Shown in pieces: positions 11,401 to 20,635 of a stretch of 64,000 nt of DNA. Numbering within the stretch: position 1 is the stretch's first letter; the number at the start of each line of letters is the position of its first letter. Below the pieces are notes generated by a model, which saw only the letters and a list, made by a program, of their open reading frames with translations, was not told the origin of the DNA and made no database searches. The stretch is from the sequence record MK327932.1. One strand, given 5' to 3'. The position numbers were made by a program, and so were the translations under genes. The stretch is from Escherichia phage vB_EcoM_G2248.

Positions 11401-11518
11401 TGACCAGTCGGCGGTAACATTCTCTATGTTCCGTGAACTTGTAGATAAACGGTTGAAGGATAATATAGGAAATCCACGAGACCCGAAGAATCCGACACAG
11501 AGGAAAATTAATGGCTAA
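8432..11518 (+). CDS. 7: gp7 baseplate wedge protein
   Basis: 1028 aa (T4 1032 aa), synteny. Confidence 0.75.
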   Translation: MIKAPSVTSLTIEKLSANQAYITWDDVGENFFYFVELAETRTRDGEIIPVDELSWVNLGYTADQNWFEDKNLFPEYYYKFRVAVAAEGFEQSKWIETEEFQTFKTNAYNFSMMREFNLANEFVKQKFTYDNRDYIKFNTDLIQASLMQEDFVFSPEYANITNISNKIIVDENFHEIQDHIEKVCIDINRTMLAEMNGVLYLFERFQPIVKVSNDKGQSWKAYKAFNDRVGNPVSRTCVYQSKTTTYVLGYDRIFYGRQARDTRWSADDVRFSDDTITFAKVGDENDLGFDVEVFGVFSRLTGDTTKYAEAMACSDDYLWVGAKDVIRRIRLKNTPVDTVQGSPTFGEKIFDPDVIRVTGNDKAVIQKMDVIDGKLLVFVTGEVKQRYQDPTKPENVVPSDDAGVYLIGSDGLSFQRVFGNTPQEREYIHHGFSNMSTNGDEVFISHYNHHFESILPDPETAAKYELSEAVKYSQEPTYLTDKKIHQTTFRASYDDLRIWELGPQAYYNEADYTWMRRNGVRVWITNDNRPLVVYPEVVYTQEVDTSGILDKNRINREVYDKGTVTCYLNNVKFEGFKQYASGVMFHKNTGEIIGFYQFNYRVRDQVGVYWKPTNVAFVAELQNQVREVPWVPVHYDREQDPDLRPLLNKMTPDSFLLENENFRKFSEYYLQFLSDGSGTYYNKLKNLIKNKYPREQDAYEYLWSEMNKRNIYADKNKRDAVVRFFESRKSDFYSTKGVEASYKFLFKLLYNEDVEIEVESQAGLEYDIVVSSTNIDEDIVGRTIYTPTGRANVTYLEREYEGGRLRWRVTIHNLIGRFEEGQVIKSEKTAFEGMILVGVRGKELLSSSIDYINRSRSQYTMKIKSALPVSRYANDVMRFVHPVGFGFIGVTLLTMFINSGLSMRHVETIIQSLKNYKFDSGLPSVYPDRVADLDVDGNIKIDPLTGKPLYLTSPTIGEEFPVPPEYDQENSELFHGLKASERRFAMSPLFDQSAVTFSMFRELVDKRLKDNIGNPRDPKNPTQRKING

Positions 11519-12506
11519 TGAAAATAGTGTGATCTATCGCTCAATCATTACTAGCAAATTCAGAACAGAAAAACTTCTGAACTTCTATAATTCTGTAGGC
11601 GATGGAGCAAATCAAATTACAATTTATGGAACGTTTGGACGTTCGGAGCCGTGGTCAGAAAACGAAAAAGAGGTGGGCTTTGCCCCACCTTATCCGACCG
11701 ATTCAACGGCTGGTGTTGTTGACGTGTGGACCCATATGATGGGGGCGGTTAAGATTAACAAATCACTTCTTGATGCGGTTATCCCTCGTAAAGATTGGGG
11801 TGATACCGGACAGGATAACCCGCGCACGTTCTTTATCAATGACATTGTTGTCGTAAACTCAGCACCATATAACCGAACTGATGTTGGTAGCGGCTGGATG
11901 GTGTATCGCGTAACCGATGTTCCTGATCGCGGTTACTGCTCGATTTCAAGCATTGACGCTAAAGTAGAGTGTTTGAAGTTGGGCGGAAAGTGGACCCCCA
12001 CTCATGAATCAATTGCGCCACCTGTAGGAAAGGGCGATTCTATTGATATGGGTGATGGGTATCGTTGGGAATATCTGTACACAATTCCACCTGATGCGGC
12101 GATCAACCGTTGCACCAATGAACATATTGTTGTACCGTTCCCCGATGAACTGCGACAAGATCCGGCGCGTTGGGGCTATGACAATGTGATCACCTGGTAT
12201 AATGACTATAATCTGCTTTATCGGCTGAAAGTAGTAACTTTGCGTTTTCAGGCTTATATGGACTCTGCGCAATTCCCAACTACCGCGTTAGTGGGTAATA
12301 CTGGTTTCCGTCAGTTAAGCATTATCCTTAACCCATTGGAAAAGAAAGCACGCCCTAGCGATCCAGACGTTAAAGCGGTCAAAGATAAGTACCGACCGCA
12401 AGACTTAGAGCCACACTCAGGCGAAATGATCTACATGGAAAACCGACAACCTATCGTTCGGTCATTAGATCAAACAGAACTTGTTTCTGTATTGTTTGAG
12501 TTCTAA
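11511..12506 (+). CDS. 8: gp8 baseplate wedge protein
   Basis: 331 aa (T4 334 aa), synteny. Confidence 0.75.
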   Translation: MANENSVIYRSIITSKFRTEKLLNFYNSVGDGANQITIYGTFGRSEPWSENEKEVGFAPPYPTDSTAGVVDVWTHMMGAVKINKSLLDAVIPRKDWGDTGQDNPRTFFINDIVVVNSAPYNRTDVGSGWMVYRVTDVPDRGYCSISSIDAKVECLKLGGKWTPTHESIAPPVGKGDSIDMGDGYRWEYLYTIPPDAAINRCTNEHIVVPFPDELRQDPARWGYDNVITWYNDYNLLYRLKVVTLRFQAYMDSAQFPTTALVGNTGFRQLSIILNPLEKKARPSDPDVKAVKDKYRPQDLEPHSGEMIYMENRQPIVRSLDQTELVSVLFEF

Positions 12507-12518
12507 GTGTATGATTTT

Positions 12519-12548
12519 AAAAGCCAATTCGAGAGAGTTGGCTTTTTC
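12519..12548 (+). terminator. rho-independent terminator after gp8 (GCCAA..TTGGC + T5)
   Basis: hairpin 12523-12542 followed by TTTTT. Confidence 0.6.
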
Positions 12549-12559
12549 CATTTTTGGTG

Positions 12560-12587
12560 TTGACAATCTTATTTGGTAAGGTATAAT
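12560..12587 (+). promoter_or_regulatory. consensus sigma70-type (early) promoter TTGACA-N16-TATAAT driving the inserted cassette
   Basis: TTGACA 12560-12565, TATAAT 12582-12587, then leader with GGAGG RBS and ATG 12617. Confidence 0.7.
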
Positions 12588-12616
12588 ACACACATCTAAA
12601 CAACGGAGGATAAATT

Positions 12617-12874
12617 ATGGCACGTCGTAAATTTACAGATAATTGTGAAGCAATTCAGGTATCCCCTTGCGGTTGGGATGTGATCGCGAACGGTGAAAAG
12701 ATTGGAGAGATCATCGATCATACTCATTCATCACTAGCCGATTACACCGATGAACTATGGGAGGGTATCAACTTCATGAATGACACTAAACGATTCAAGA
12801 CTATCGACGAAGCTATCTATTTTGTGTATAATCCAACTTTCGGTATGTGGGGAACTAGAAAATGGCACGCGTAA
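12617..12874 (+). CDS. hypothetical 85-aa protein (cassette gene 1)
   Basis: ORF behind early promoter with GGAGG RBS; starts MAR-; no recognisable domain. Confidence 0.5.
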   Translation: MARRKFTDNCEAIQVSPCGWDVIANGEKIGEIIDHTHSSLADYTDELWEGINFMNDTKRFKTIDEAIYFVYNPTFGMWGTRKWHA

Positions 12875-13188
12875 ATATTAAACTGCATTATACAATGGGT
12901 AAACCAAAACATCCAATGCATAAAGTGTTTTGGGGCTTGCATCTTCAAGAAAAATGGCATGATAACTATTGGTTTTGTGACCATGATAAGAAGTGGCATT
13001 CTCAAGATGAAGTTAATGCGATGATGGAACAGGGTATCAAATTTAATTACTCTAATTATGACCATAGCATTACTTGTATTCGAAAATTGAAACGGTTTAT
13101 TCGAAAGAATCCGCAATTTAAAAACTTTGTGTTCTTTATGTCTCATGTTTATTTGGGGCATAGCGTTACCGTAACAGCAAAAGGTTAA
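12862..13188 (+). CDS. hypothetical 108-aa His/Trp/Cys-rich protein (cassette gene 2)
   Basis: overlaps upstream ORF by 13 nt (translational coupling); starts MAR-. Confidence 0.5.
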   Translation: MARVNIKLHYTMGKPKHPMHKVFWGLHLQEKWHDNYWFCDHDKKWHSQDEVNAMMEQGIKFNYSNYDHSITCIRKLKRFIRKNPQFKNFVFFMSHVYLGHSVTVTAKG

Positions 13189-13191
13189 ATA

Positions 13192-14031
13192 ATGGCACGA
13201 CTTTCTAAACAAGAGCAAAAATTACACGATCGGGCGATGGAGTTGATTAATTCAGATCGTCCATTGACATTTGAAGAAAAAGAATTTTGCTATAACAACT
13301 ATCATGGCGATGGACTAGGTGGTTCCGGTGCATTCTTTACCCCAGAATGGCTTGCCTGGGATTTTACCATTGATGCATATTGCACCGGAAAAGTATTAGA
13401 TCTTTGTGCGGGGATCGGTCGCTTATCTTTTTGTATGTTACATCGTTGTAAGCCAGAAAAGATCGTATGCGTCGAACTCAATCCAGAATTTGCGCGGATC
13501 GGCAAGCGACTATTACCGGAGGCAGAATGGATCACCAGCGATGTATTCGAATTTGAGTCAAACGAGAAATTCGATGTTGTAATTAGCAATCCACCTTTCG
13601 GGAAAATCAATACTACCAACACAAAGGATGTATTTGAATATACTGGCGGTGAGTTTGAATTTAAAGTTATGACGTTAGGCCAGAAGTTTGCCGATGTAGG
13701 TTACTTTATTGTTCCTTCTAGTTCCGCTGGTTTTGCATATTCCGGCAGACCTTATTATGATGAATCAGTGAAGTCTAATAAATATCTAAAATGGAGCAAA
13801 CAAACTGGTTTGGTGACTTATGCCGGATGTGGGATCGATACATCAGTCTATCGCGATGAATGGCATAATACCAACGTTTTAACAGAAGTGGTTGAGGTTC
13901 GGTATTACGAGAAAGAAGCCGTAGAAGCGCCTAAATCGCGTCCTAACGAACAGATAGAAGAAAGTAAGGAGATTACCTTACCGGAACAAGAAACAGCGTC
14001 TGGGACGCTCTCAGACTTGTTTGACATTTAA
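13192..14031 (+). CDS. SAM-dependent amino-methyltransferase, gamma-class motif order (probable DNA N6-adenine MTase)
   Basis: motif X GAFFTP, motif I VLDLCAGIGRL, motif IV VISNPPFGK in that order; 279 aa; starts MAR-. Confidence 0.6.
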   Translation: MARLSKQEQKLHDRAMELINSDRPLTFEEKEFCYNNYHGDGLGGSGAFFTPEWLAWDFTIDAYCTGKVLDLCAGIGRLSFCMLHRCKPEKIVCVELNPEFARIGKRLLPEAEWITSDVFEFESNEKFDVVISNPPFGKINTTNTKDVFEYTGGEFEFKVMTLGQKFADVGYFIVPSSSAGFAYSGRPYYDESVKSNKYLKWSKQTGLVTYAGCGIDTSVYRDEWHNTNVLTEVVEVRYYEKEAVEAPKSRPNEQIEESKEITLPEQETASGTLSDLFDI

Positions 14032-14035
14032 TTAT

Positions 14036-14062
14036 AATCCGTCCTCGTGGGCGGCTTTTTTG
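14036..14062 (+). terminator. probable terminator after methyltransferase (imperfect GC hairpin + T6)
   Basis: ccgtcctcgtgggcgg followed by TTTTTT; stem imperfect. Confidence 0.4.
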
Positions 14063-14071
14063 TATGTATTT

Positions 14072-14079
14072 TATAAATA
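14072..14079 (+). promoter_or_regulatory. late promoter box TATAAATA upstream of gp9
   Basis: exact TATAAATA ~27 nt upstream of ATG 14107. Confidence 0.6.
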
Positions 14080-14106
14080 ATACATCATAACACGAGGAAT
14101 TAAACA

Positions 14107-14961
14107 ATGGCACAAGTTCCAAAGAAAAGAATAGACACAGGTACGGTCGGCAATCCATCGACTGGCGATATATTATATGATGGCGGTAATAAAATTAACG
14201 ATAACTTTGATTCAATATATGACGCATTTGCTGATCAACGTCTAAAAGAGATTGATCATGGTGCTGGTCGAATGGTTATTCATGCCACTGGATACTATCA
14301 GAAACACCCACGACAAAGCTATGCAGGATCGGCGGTAGAGATTGGTAGTCTGCATGATATTGACACAACTCAAGGCGCATTAATAGCAATTCTTCCTAAA
14401 GCTAAAGTTGGTGAGGGTGTTGTGTTCATAAATAGTAACGGTAGCTTTTCGGCAACAACACCACTAAACATTAGAACTCAAGCAGGAGATTCTATTAGCG
14501 GGTATTCAGGTGACGCGGTAATAACTCAACCTTTCTCAAAAGTCACCGTCTGGTGTACTGCCGTCGAAGGTAGTAGAGTTACCTGGCGGCTGGGCATCGA
14601 AAGTATGTTTGCCGACACAACCACACCACTAGATAGGACCGTTAATGTAACTGGAGTTGCAACCAACGTTGCTATTGCAGCAAAAACAGAATATGTATCA
14701 ATTAAACTATTAACAACCGCTAGCAATACGACGGGTTCAAAAATGCGCTCAAGCGAAACTCTATTGATGATTGATGCCAGAGCCGGAAAAGTTTACGCGA
14801 CAGAATATGCGGTTTTACAGAAAACAGAAGACGAATTATACACGGTTCGTTATTTCATTGGTTCCGGCGATAAAGTATATGCAGAGTATAAGGCTACTGG
14901 CGAAAATATTCGTTTAGCAGTTAAAGCCACAGACACTATTAAAATCGGGGTTGCTACATGA
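14107..14961 (+). CDS. 9: gp9 baseplate wedge / long tail fibre connector
   Basis: 284 aa (T4 288 aa); N-terminal GxxxxGDxLxxGGxKINDNF motif shared with gp10. Confidence 0.75.
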   Translation: MAQVPKKRIDTGTVGNPSTGDILYDGGNKINDNFDSIYDAFADQRLKEIDHGAGRMVIHATGYYQKHPRQSYAGSAVEIGSLHDIDTTQGALIAILPKAKVGEGVVFINSNGSFSATTPLNIRTQAGDSISGYSGDAVITQPFSKVTVWCTAVEGSRVTWRLGIESMFADTTTPLDRTVNVTGVATNVAIAAKTEYVSIKLLTTASNTTGSKMRSSETLLMIDARAGKVYATEYAVLQKTEDELYTVRYFIGSGDKVYAEYKATGENIRLAVKATDTIKIGVAT

Positions 14962-16760
14962 AACAATTAATTAATATCGGTAACGTTGTAGATGACGGTA
15001 CTGGTGATTATCTAAGAAAAGGCGGTCAAAAGATCAACGACAACTTTTCTGAACTTTATACTAAGCTGGGGGACGGCGATACCCCCCACGCATCCGGCGC
15101 ATGGAAAACGCATACAGCGCCATTATTAAAGCCTAATTTTGGTGATGCGTGGGCCATCAATACAACAAACAACGCGGTGTCGGTAGAGCTTCCTAAAGGT
15201 GGAGTTGGTGATTATAACAAGACAATTAAACTTCGTGATGTTTGGCGCTCGTGGGCGTCTCATAACGTAACACTTAAGCCAGCACAAGGCGATACAATTA
15301 AAGGATCACCAATTGACCGAGAATTGTATAAAGATTTTATGGATGTTGAACTGGTTTATTGTGCGCCTGGACGCTGGGAATATATCGAAAACAAGCGAGT
15401 TGACACGATCACCACGTCTGACCTAAGCACAGTAGCTAAGGAAGTTTATATTGCCACAGAAGGGCAAACAGATTTCCCTAATGTATTTGGTTCTAACACA
15501 TATAACACTCGAAATGTTGAAGTATATTATCGAGGAAACCTTTTATATTATGGCAAGTCTTTTAGTAATGACTCTAACTACGGTTCAATTGGTGAGGATG
15601 GATCACTTGTTGAACTTGATGGCAAAAGCATAAAACTTCGTTTTCCTTGTTCTGCTGGGGACACCGTTCAAATTATTACATATATGGACGGAATTGCGTC
15701 TTTCCGTTCTAGTTATATCACGCACACAATTAGAGTGTATGATACCGGAATGACAGCACTAGAAACTATTCCGGGTGAAGTATGGGTTGGTGATTTGTCT
15801 AAGAAAAAAGAATTTACTAATGCTGATTTGGGCGTTAGTAAACGTGATATAATTAACCCAAATTCATTTGAGTTATTAATAAATGGTACTCAAATGATTA
15901 AAGCTGGTGATGCTGATCTTCCTTCGTTTGTCTGTGAAGGTGCTGACGGAGAAACCGAAGAGAGTTGCGCACTTGCTGGCGGTCAGTGGGTACAGTCTGG
16001 AGAAGATTATTCACTGGTATTTGATGAGAATAGCATTGTAACAGGGATTAAATTAGCTAAAGCGTTGGACAATAGAGATACTATAACAATTCGTTGGTTT
16101 AATAACGATATCGGAACTCTATTAGAATGGGATGGTGTCGGCGGAATTAAAGAAAAAGCAGACAAGATTTATCTCAATAACGAAGACGAAGTTAATTTAA
16201 CAAAACAAATTGAATATACAGACTTCCAGAATCCTAGCCAGAAAAACACTCGTCCGGCGGAAGAGTATTCAGGTCGAATTATGGATATATATTCACTGTT
16301 TGATATTTTCCATCCGGTCGGCACGATATACGAAAACGCACATAACCCAGCTAACCCAGCGACCTATATGGGGTTTGGTATCTGGGTTCGGTATGCGGAA
16401 GGAGAATTTCTTGCTGGTTGGTCTTCCGATGCCAGCGACCAGAATTTTGCATTAAACAATAACGATCTTGATATTCATGGACAACCTACACACACCGCTG
16501 GTGGTACTGGTGGTGAAGTTGCCTATCAAATCAAGAAAGATATGATTCCTGAATTACAATCCAGCGATCGTGTTTTGGTGAAAGACGATACAGGGTCAAT
16601 TATCATTGGTGGCTGTCAAGTTGATCCTGATGCGGCAGGTCCAGCGTTTACGAAATATAGAGAGGATATCGTAAAAGTTAATTCTGGAAATGCTGATCCA
16701 TCAATGATGGGTATTCTTCCTCCATATCGCACCGTTCATCGCTGGTTAAGGGTAGGTTAA
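14958..16760 (+). CDS. 10: gp10 baseplate wedge protein
   Basis: 600 aa (T4 602 aa); N-terminal motif shared with gp9. Confidence 0.75.
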   Translation: MKQLINIGNVVDDGTGDYLRKGGQKINDNFSELYTKLGDGDTPHASGAWKTHTAPLLKPNFGDAWAINTTNNAVSVELPKGGVGDYNKTIKLRDVWRSWASHNVTLKPAQGDTIKGSPIDRELYKDFMDVELVYCAPGRWEYIENKRVDTITTSDLSTVAKEVYIATEGQTDFPNVFGSNTYNTRNVEVYYRGNLLYYGKSFSNDSNYGSIGEDGSLVELDGKSIKLRFPCSAGDTVQIITYMDGIASFRSSYITHTIRVYDTGMTALETIPGEVWVGDLSKKKEFTNADLGVSKRDIINPNSFELLINGTQMIKAGDADLPSFVCEGADGETEESCALAGGQWVQSGEDYSLVFDENSIVTGIKLAKALDNRDTITIRWFNNDIGTLLEWDGVGGIKEKADKIYLNNEDEVNLTKQIEYTDFQNPSQKNTRPAEEYSGRIMDIYSLFDIFHPVGTIYENAHNPANPATYMGFGIWVRYAEGEFLAGWSSDASDQNFALNNNDLDIHGQPTHTAGGTGGEVAYQIKKDMIPELQSSDRVLVKDDTGSIIIGGCQVDPDAAGPAFTKYREDIVKVNSGNADPSMMGILPPYRTVHRWLRVG

Positions 16761-16761
16761 T

Positions 16762-17406
16762 ATGATTTCTAAAACACGTTCTAAAGCAAGCGTATTTTCT
16801 AGTGACGCAGCATTCATTTCATACGATCCGGGGTTGAAAGACCCCGTTATTGGCAACATTCGCCCAATTGGTGGATTAAACGTAGACCAATCTCGCAAAG
16901 GTTCTTTTATTAACAACGTGCAGTCGGCAATTGATGACCTGTATAGCATTTCTATGCTTAATGTTGGTGATGTATTGGTAACTACAAATTCAACTCCACC
17001 GGAAGCGGCAGGACAAATAGAAACTCTTTCTTTCACTGGAACGGTAACAAATAAACACGATCCAGCCGCGCAAAAAGTTGTAATTGAAGTTTTGGGCTAT
17101 CCATTTGTTGTTAATGTTGGAACATCGAATGTTGCATTGTGCGAGACAGTTGCAGAAAAATTTACTGAATTGAAAGACAAAAGCATCCTGTTCTCTAAAG
17201 TTCAGAGGAAAGGCACTGGCAACGATCAAATAGAGATTCAGTATATTGATTCAAACGCACACGAAGCAACGGTCGTAGAAAAATATGGTATTAGCGTTCG
17301 TGGGGAAATAAATTCCCCTGCTCGTTATGGTTATGGTGCATGGTCCAAATTGGGAACGGAAGAAAAATTTGATACAACACTATTTTATTTTAAGCGTATT
17401 GCGTAA
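16762..17406 (+). CDS. 11: gp11 baseplate wedge / short tail fibre attachment protein
   Basis: 214 aa (T4 219 aa), synteny. Confidence 0.7.
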   Translation: MISKTRSKASVFSSDAAFISYDPGLKDPVIGNIRPIGGLNVDQSRKGSFINNVQSAIDDLYSISMLNVGDVLVTTNSTPPEAAGQIETLSFTGTVTNKHDPAAQKVVIEVLGYPFVVNVGTSNVALCETVAEKFTELKDKSILFSKVQRKGTGNDQIEIQYIDSNAHEATVVEKYGISVRGEINSPARYGYGAWSKLGTEEKFDTTLFYFKRIA

Positions 17407-17416
17407 GGTGTAAATT

Positions 17417-18820
17417 ATGAATAACACTATTAATCACGTAAAAGACGATGCACAGTATGTTAAGTTTGACCCTACCGGAAATTGGCCTAGCAATATAAAA
17501 AACGTACAAGCGGCATTAGCCGCTATTCAGGGGTTTGCTATTGCAGGTCTTCCAACGGCAACCGAAGAAACAGCGGGTATTGCTGAAATTGCTACTCAAA
17601 AAGAAGTAGATGATGGGTTGGATGGAACTAAAATTGTTACCCCAAAAACATTGGCTGTTAAGCTGTCAAGACCGGACGCAACAAAATTTGTTAAAGGGAT
17701 CACTCGCTATGCTAATAACGACGAAGCTATGGGCGATACTCCAAATATTGCAATTGGTCCTGATACATTAACCCATGTATTCGAGAAGAAGAAAGCAACG
17801 GAAACCGTACAGGGTACAATTAAAATTTGTTCTATGGATGCAGCAAAAATAGGTAGCGATGACACTATGGCGGTTACGCCTAAAAAGATGCACGCTGCTA
17901 TTGCTCAGATTGTTCCTGGGTTGATTCCAGAACAAAACACGGCGACCGAGTCCCGTGAGGGTTTAGTTAGACTGGCGACAAGCCAACAAACGCTTGCTGG
18001 TACTATCAGAGAAGGATTTGCCGTTAGTCCATATGCATTTTCCAACGCAAGAGCAAATGAAAATCAGGCGGGTACGGTTAAAATTGCCTCATCCCAACAA
18101 ATGATTGACGGTAATGACAACACAGTAGTAGTATCAGCACAAAAATTTGCGAACACTAAAGCAACCACTGGACAATTCGGTGTTGTTAAGCTAACAGATA
18201 ATCCCGGTTCCGGTGAAGCAAATGCTGCGTTATCTGCAAATGCTCGTGTATTGCCTCTAAGCGGTGGTGTCGTTACTGGTGATGTGTATCGTCATAGCGG
18301 AGGCGACGGAAACCAGTTTACCACTAAAAACGAAATGGATGCATGGTGTATGCCAATTGGTGCAATTATTCTAACTGCATTCAATAGCAATGATCATGGC
18401 GCATTTAAAATTTGTAACGGGCAATGGTTGAATAAACACCAATATCCTACGCTATTTGCTCGCATCGGATTTACATATGGTGGTGACGGTGGAGACCATT
18501 TCGCTGTTCCAGATATGCGCGGTCTTGTTGCTCGTGGGTGCGATTGGGGAAGAGGTTTAGACCCAGGTCGTGGATTTGGTACTTATCAAGACGACACCAT
18601 GCAACATATGACAGGTAACTTCCCTGTAGCTAACCGCTATCGCGGTTGGACTGGTGGTGCATTTACCATCACAGGTGGTCAATGGAGCACGAACTATAAA
18701 AACGGTGGCGGCGATGATTGGGGTAGTATTGTTAACTTTGACAGCGCAAGACAGGTTAGAACGTCTGGCGAAACTCGCGTTAAAAGCCTTGCATTAAACT
18801 ACGTTATAAGGGTACAATAA
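17417..18820 (+). CDS. 12: gp12 short tail fibre
   Basis: 467 aa, Gly/Thr/Ala-rich fibrous sequence, synteny. Confidence 0.7.
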   Translation: MNNTINHVKDDAQYVKFDPTGNWPSNIKNVQAALAAIQGFAIAGLPTATEETAGIAEIATQKEVDDGLDGTKIVTPKTLAVKLSRPDATKFVKGITRYANNDEAMGDTPNIAIGPDTLTHVFEKKKATETVQGTIKICSMDAAKIGSDDTMAVTPKKMHAAIAQIVPGLIPEQNTATESREGLVRLATSQQTLAGTIREGFAVSPYAFSNARANENQAGTVKIASSQQMIDGNDNTVVVSAQKFANTKATTGQFGVVKLTDNPGSGEANAALSANARVLPLSGGVVTGDVYRHSGGDGNQFTTKNEMDAWCMPIGAIILTAFNSNDHGAFKICNGQWLNKHQYPTLFARIGFTYGGDGGDHFAVPDMRGLVARGCDWGRGLDPGRGFGTYQDDTMQHMTGNFPVANRYRGWTGGAFTITGGQWSTNYKNGGGDDWGSIVNFDSARQVRTSGETRVKSLALNYVIRVQ

Positions 18821-20589
18821 TGATCGAACAATTAAACATTCGAAAGATCCCTAACGTCGATGGTGTCCCCGGAGAGGGACAACATTCTATTAGCTGGATT
18901 AAAAATGGTGAATGTCTAAGCGCAGCAACCACAGAAACAGGACACGAGGGGACGCTTAACCGCGCCCCTTATGCGATTCAAGAAAATATTGTTCGTCTGG
19001 ATGAAAATTCTAAGACAACGGTAACAAAAGTTAACGAAGTTGTTACAGCAGTTAATGATATTAAAACTACTTTAGGCGCGGTTGCTGATGGTAGTATTAT
19101 TGATATTGTCAATCAAACTATTGCAAAGGTTGAGTCTGTAGAAGAAAATTTAGGAGAAACTTCAAGGACATTACAAACCACAGTAGATGAACTGGCGGAG
19201 ACAGGAAAGAAAATTGGTGTTCGTCCGGCAGCAGATCCGAGTACACGAACAATATATGATGATATTTCTTTCATCAAACAAGAATTGGGTGCTTTCCCTA
19301 ACTTCAACATCAACGGTTATCCAGATCCAGGTAGTTCCGGTTCCGGTATCAAATATCGAGTTATCCAGAATACGGAAGCATTAAACAACCACGGTCAGCG
19401 AATCCGCCAACTAGAAAACGACTGGCAAGATTCTGACGTTGGAGAGCTAACAAAACAAGTTAACAAAATGCGAAGCGAGCTAGGCGACCCATCACTAGCA
19501 ACACAGGACAATGTTTATCTTCGTCTTCGTACCAACACTCGCAATATCGCTAGTATATCAAACGAAGTTCAGGAAGTAAAGAAAGCGATTCTATTTGAAT
19601 CAATTCCTGATATCGGTACTAAAGTAACCAAGCTACAATCTGATTATACACAGCTTAATGATGAAGTCAACGGCGTTGACGCTGGTATCCGTCCTCGTTT
19701 AACTCGTCTGGAAAATAAGATTGGCAATCCTCAATCCGCTGGAAGTATTGATTATCGATTGACTAATCAAGAACGGGAATTTGTAGATCTTAAATCTATT
19801 GTCGGTGTCAGTGGTGCTGATGGCCTACGTGGTGAGGTTGCACGAATCACTAACACCGTCGGCACGGATAACGAGCGTCACACAATCGCTGGTCGACTGA
19901 AAATCGTCGAAAACACGCAAGGGCGTTTAGAAGCAAACGTGCAGGATATCGAGCAAATGATCGGCAATCGAGATTCCGGTCTAATCGCTGGGGTTATTAA
20001 GCTGTCAAGCGACATGTACGGCAATCCAGAAGGAAGCACGCAGTTTGAACAAGATGGGATCGTGAAAACTGTTAAGGCATTGAGCACGTCAAATGAAAGC
20101 AAGATAACAGACGTTCCTGATGATGGGTTCCACTATCTCCGCAAACACGGAGAATGGGTCCAAGTTGCGTGGGCTGCTGGTGCATTTAAAAACACCACTC
20201 AGATTGATCTTACGCTAGACGAACAAGACCAATACAAAGGAATCCCGCTTACTGACATGACCGCAGAAGTTCCAGTGCGTGGATTGGTTAAGAGCGAATC
20301 TCTTGTTACGGTTAACGACAAAGGCTTATTCCGTTGTGTTTTCCGTTGTTCTGTACACGCGGCACATAACGCTACTTTCGTAGTCGGTATTGCTAAAAAT
20401 GGTCAGATTGTACATGAGGTACGAAATGGTCATTATGGAACTGATGAATTAATTAGCTATTCTACCAGTGCTTTCCTAAATATTGAAAAGGGCGACCGGA
20501 TCGATATTCGTATTAAGGGTGTATCCGTAGAAGCATTAGCGCAACCGCTACAAATTAAAGAGTTCCTCTTTGGAATTTCTCCGGTATAA
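18820..20589 (+). CDS. wac: fibritin (whisker / neck fibre) with extended C-terminal globular domain
   Basis: long coiled-coil-like central region, position between gp12 and gp13; 589 aa vs ~487 aa in T4. Confidence 0.6.
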   Translation: MIEQLNIRKIPNVDGVPGEGQHSISWIKNGECLSAATTETGHEGTLNRAPYAIQENIVRLDENSKTTVTKVNEVVTAVNDIKTTLGAVADGSIIDIVNQTIAKVESVEENLGETSRTLQTTVDELAETGKKIGVRPAADPSTRTIYDDISFIKQELGAFPNFNINGYPDPGSSGSGIKYRVIQNTEALNNHGQRIRQLENDWQDSDVGELTKQVNKMRSELGDPSLATQDNVYLRLRTNTRNIASISNEVQEVKKAILFESIPDIGTKVTKLQSDYTQLNDEVNGVDAGIRPRLTRLENKIGNPQSAGSIDYRLTNQEREFVDLKSIVGVSGADGLRGEVARITNTVGTDNERHTIAGRLKIVENTQGRLEANVQDIEQMIGNRDSGLIAGVIKLSSDMYGNPEGSTQFEQDGIVKTVKALSTSNESKITDVPDDGFHYLRKHGEWVQVAWAAGAFKNTTQIDLTLDEQDQYKGIPLTDMTAEVPVRGLVKSESLVTVNDKGLFRCVFRCSVHAAHNATFVVGIAKNGQIVHEVRNGHYGTDELISYSTSAFLNIEKGDRIDIRIKGVSVEALAQPLQIKEFLFGISPV

Positions 20590-20595
20590 GAAATT

Positions 20596-20619
20596 AAAGG
20601 GGCGTTAAGCCCCTTTTTC
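20596..20619 (+). terminator. rho-independent terminator after wac (GGGGC-gttaa-GCCCC + T5)
   Basis: hairpin 20599-20614 then TTTTT. Confidence 0.65.
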
Positions 20620-20635
20620 GTTTATAGGTGATATT

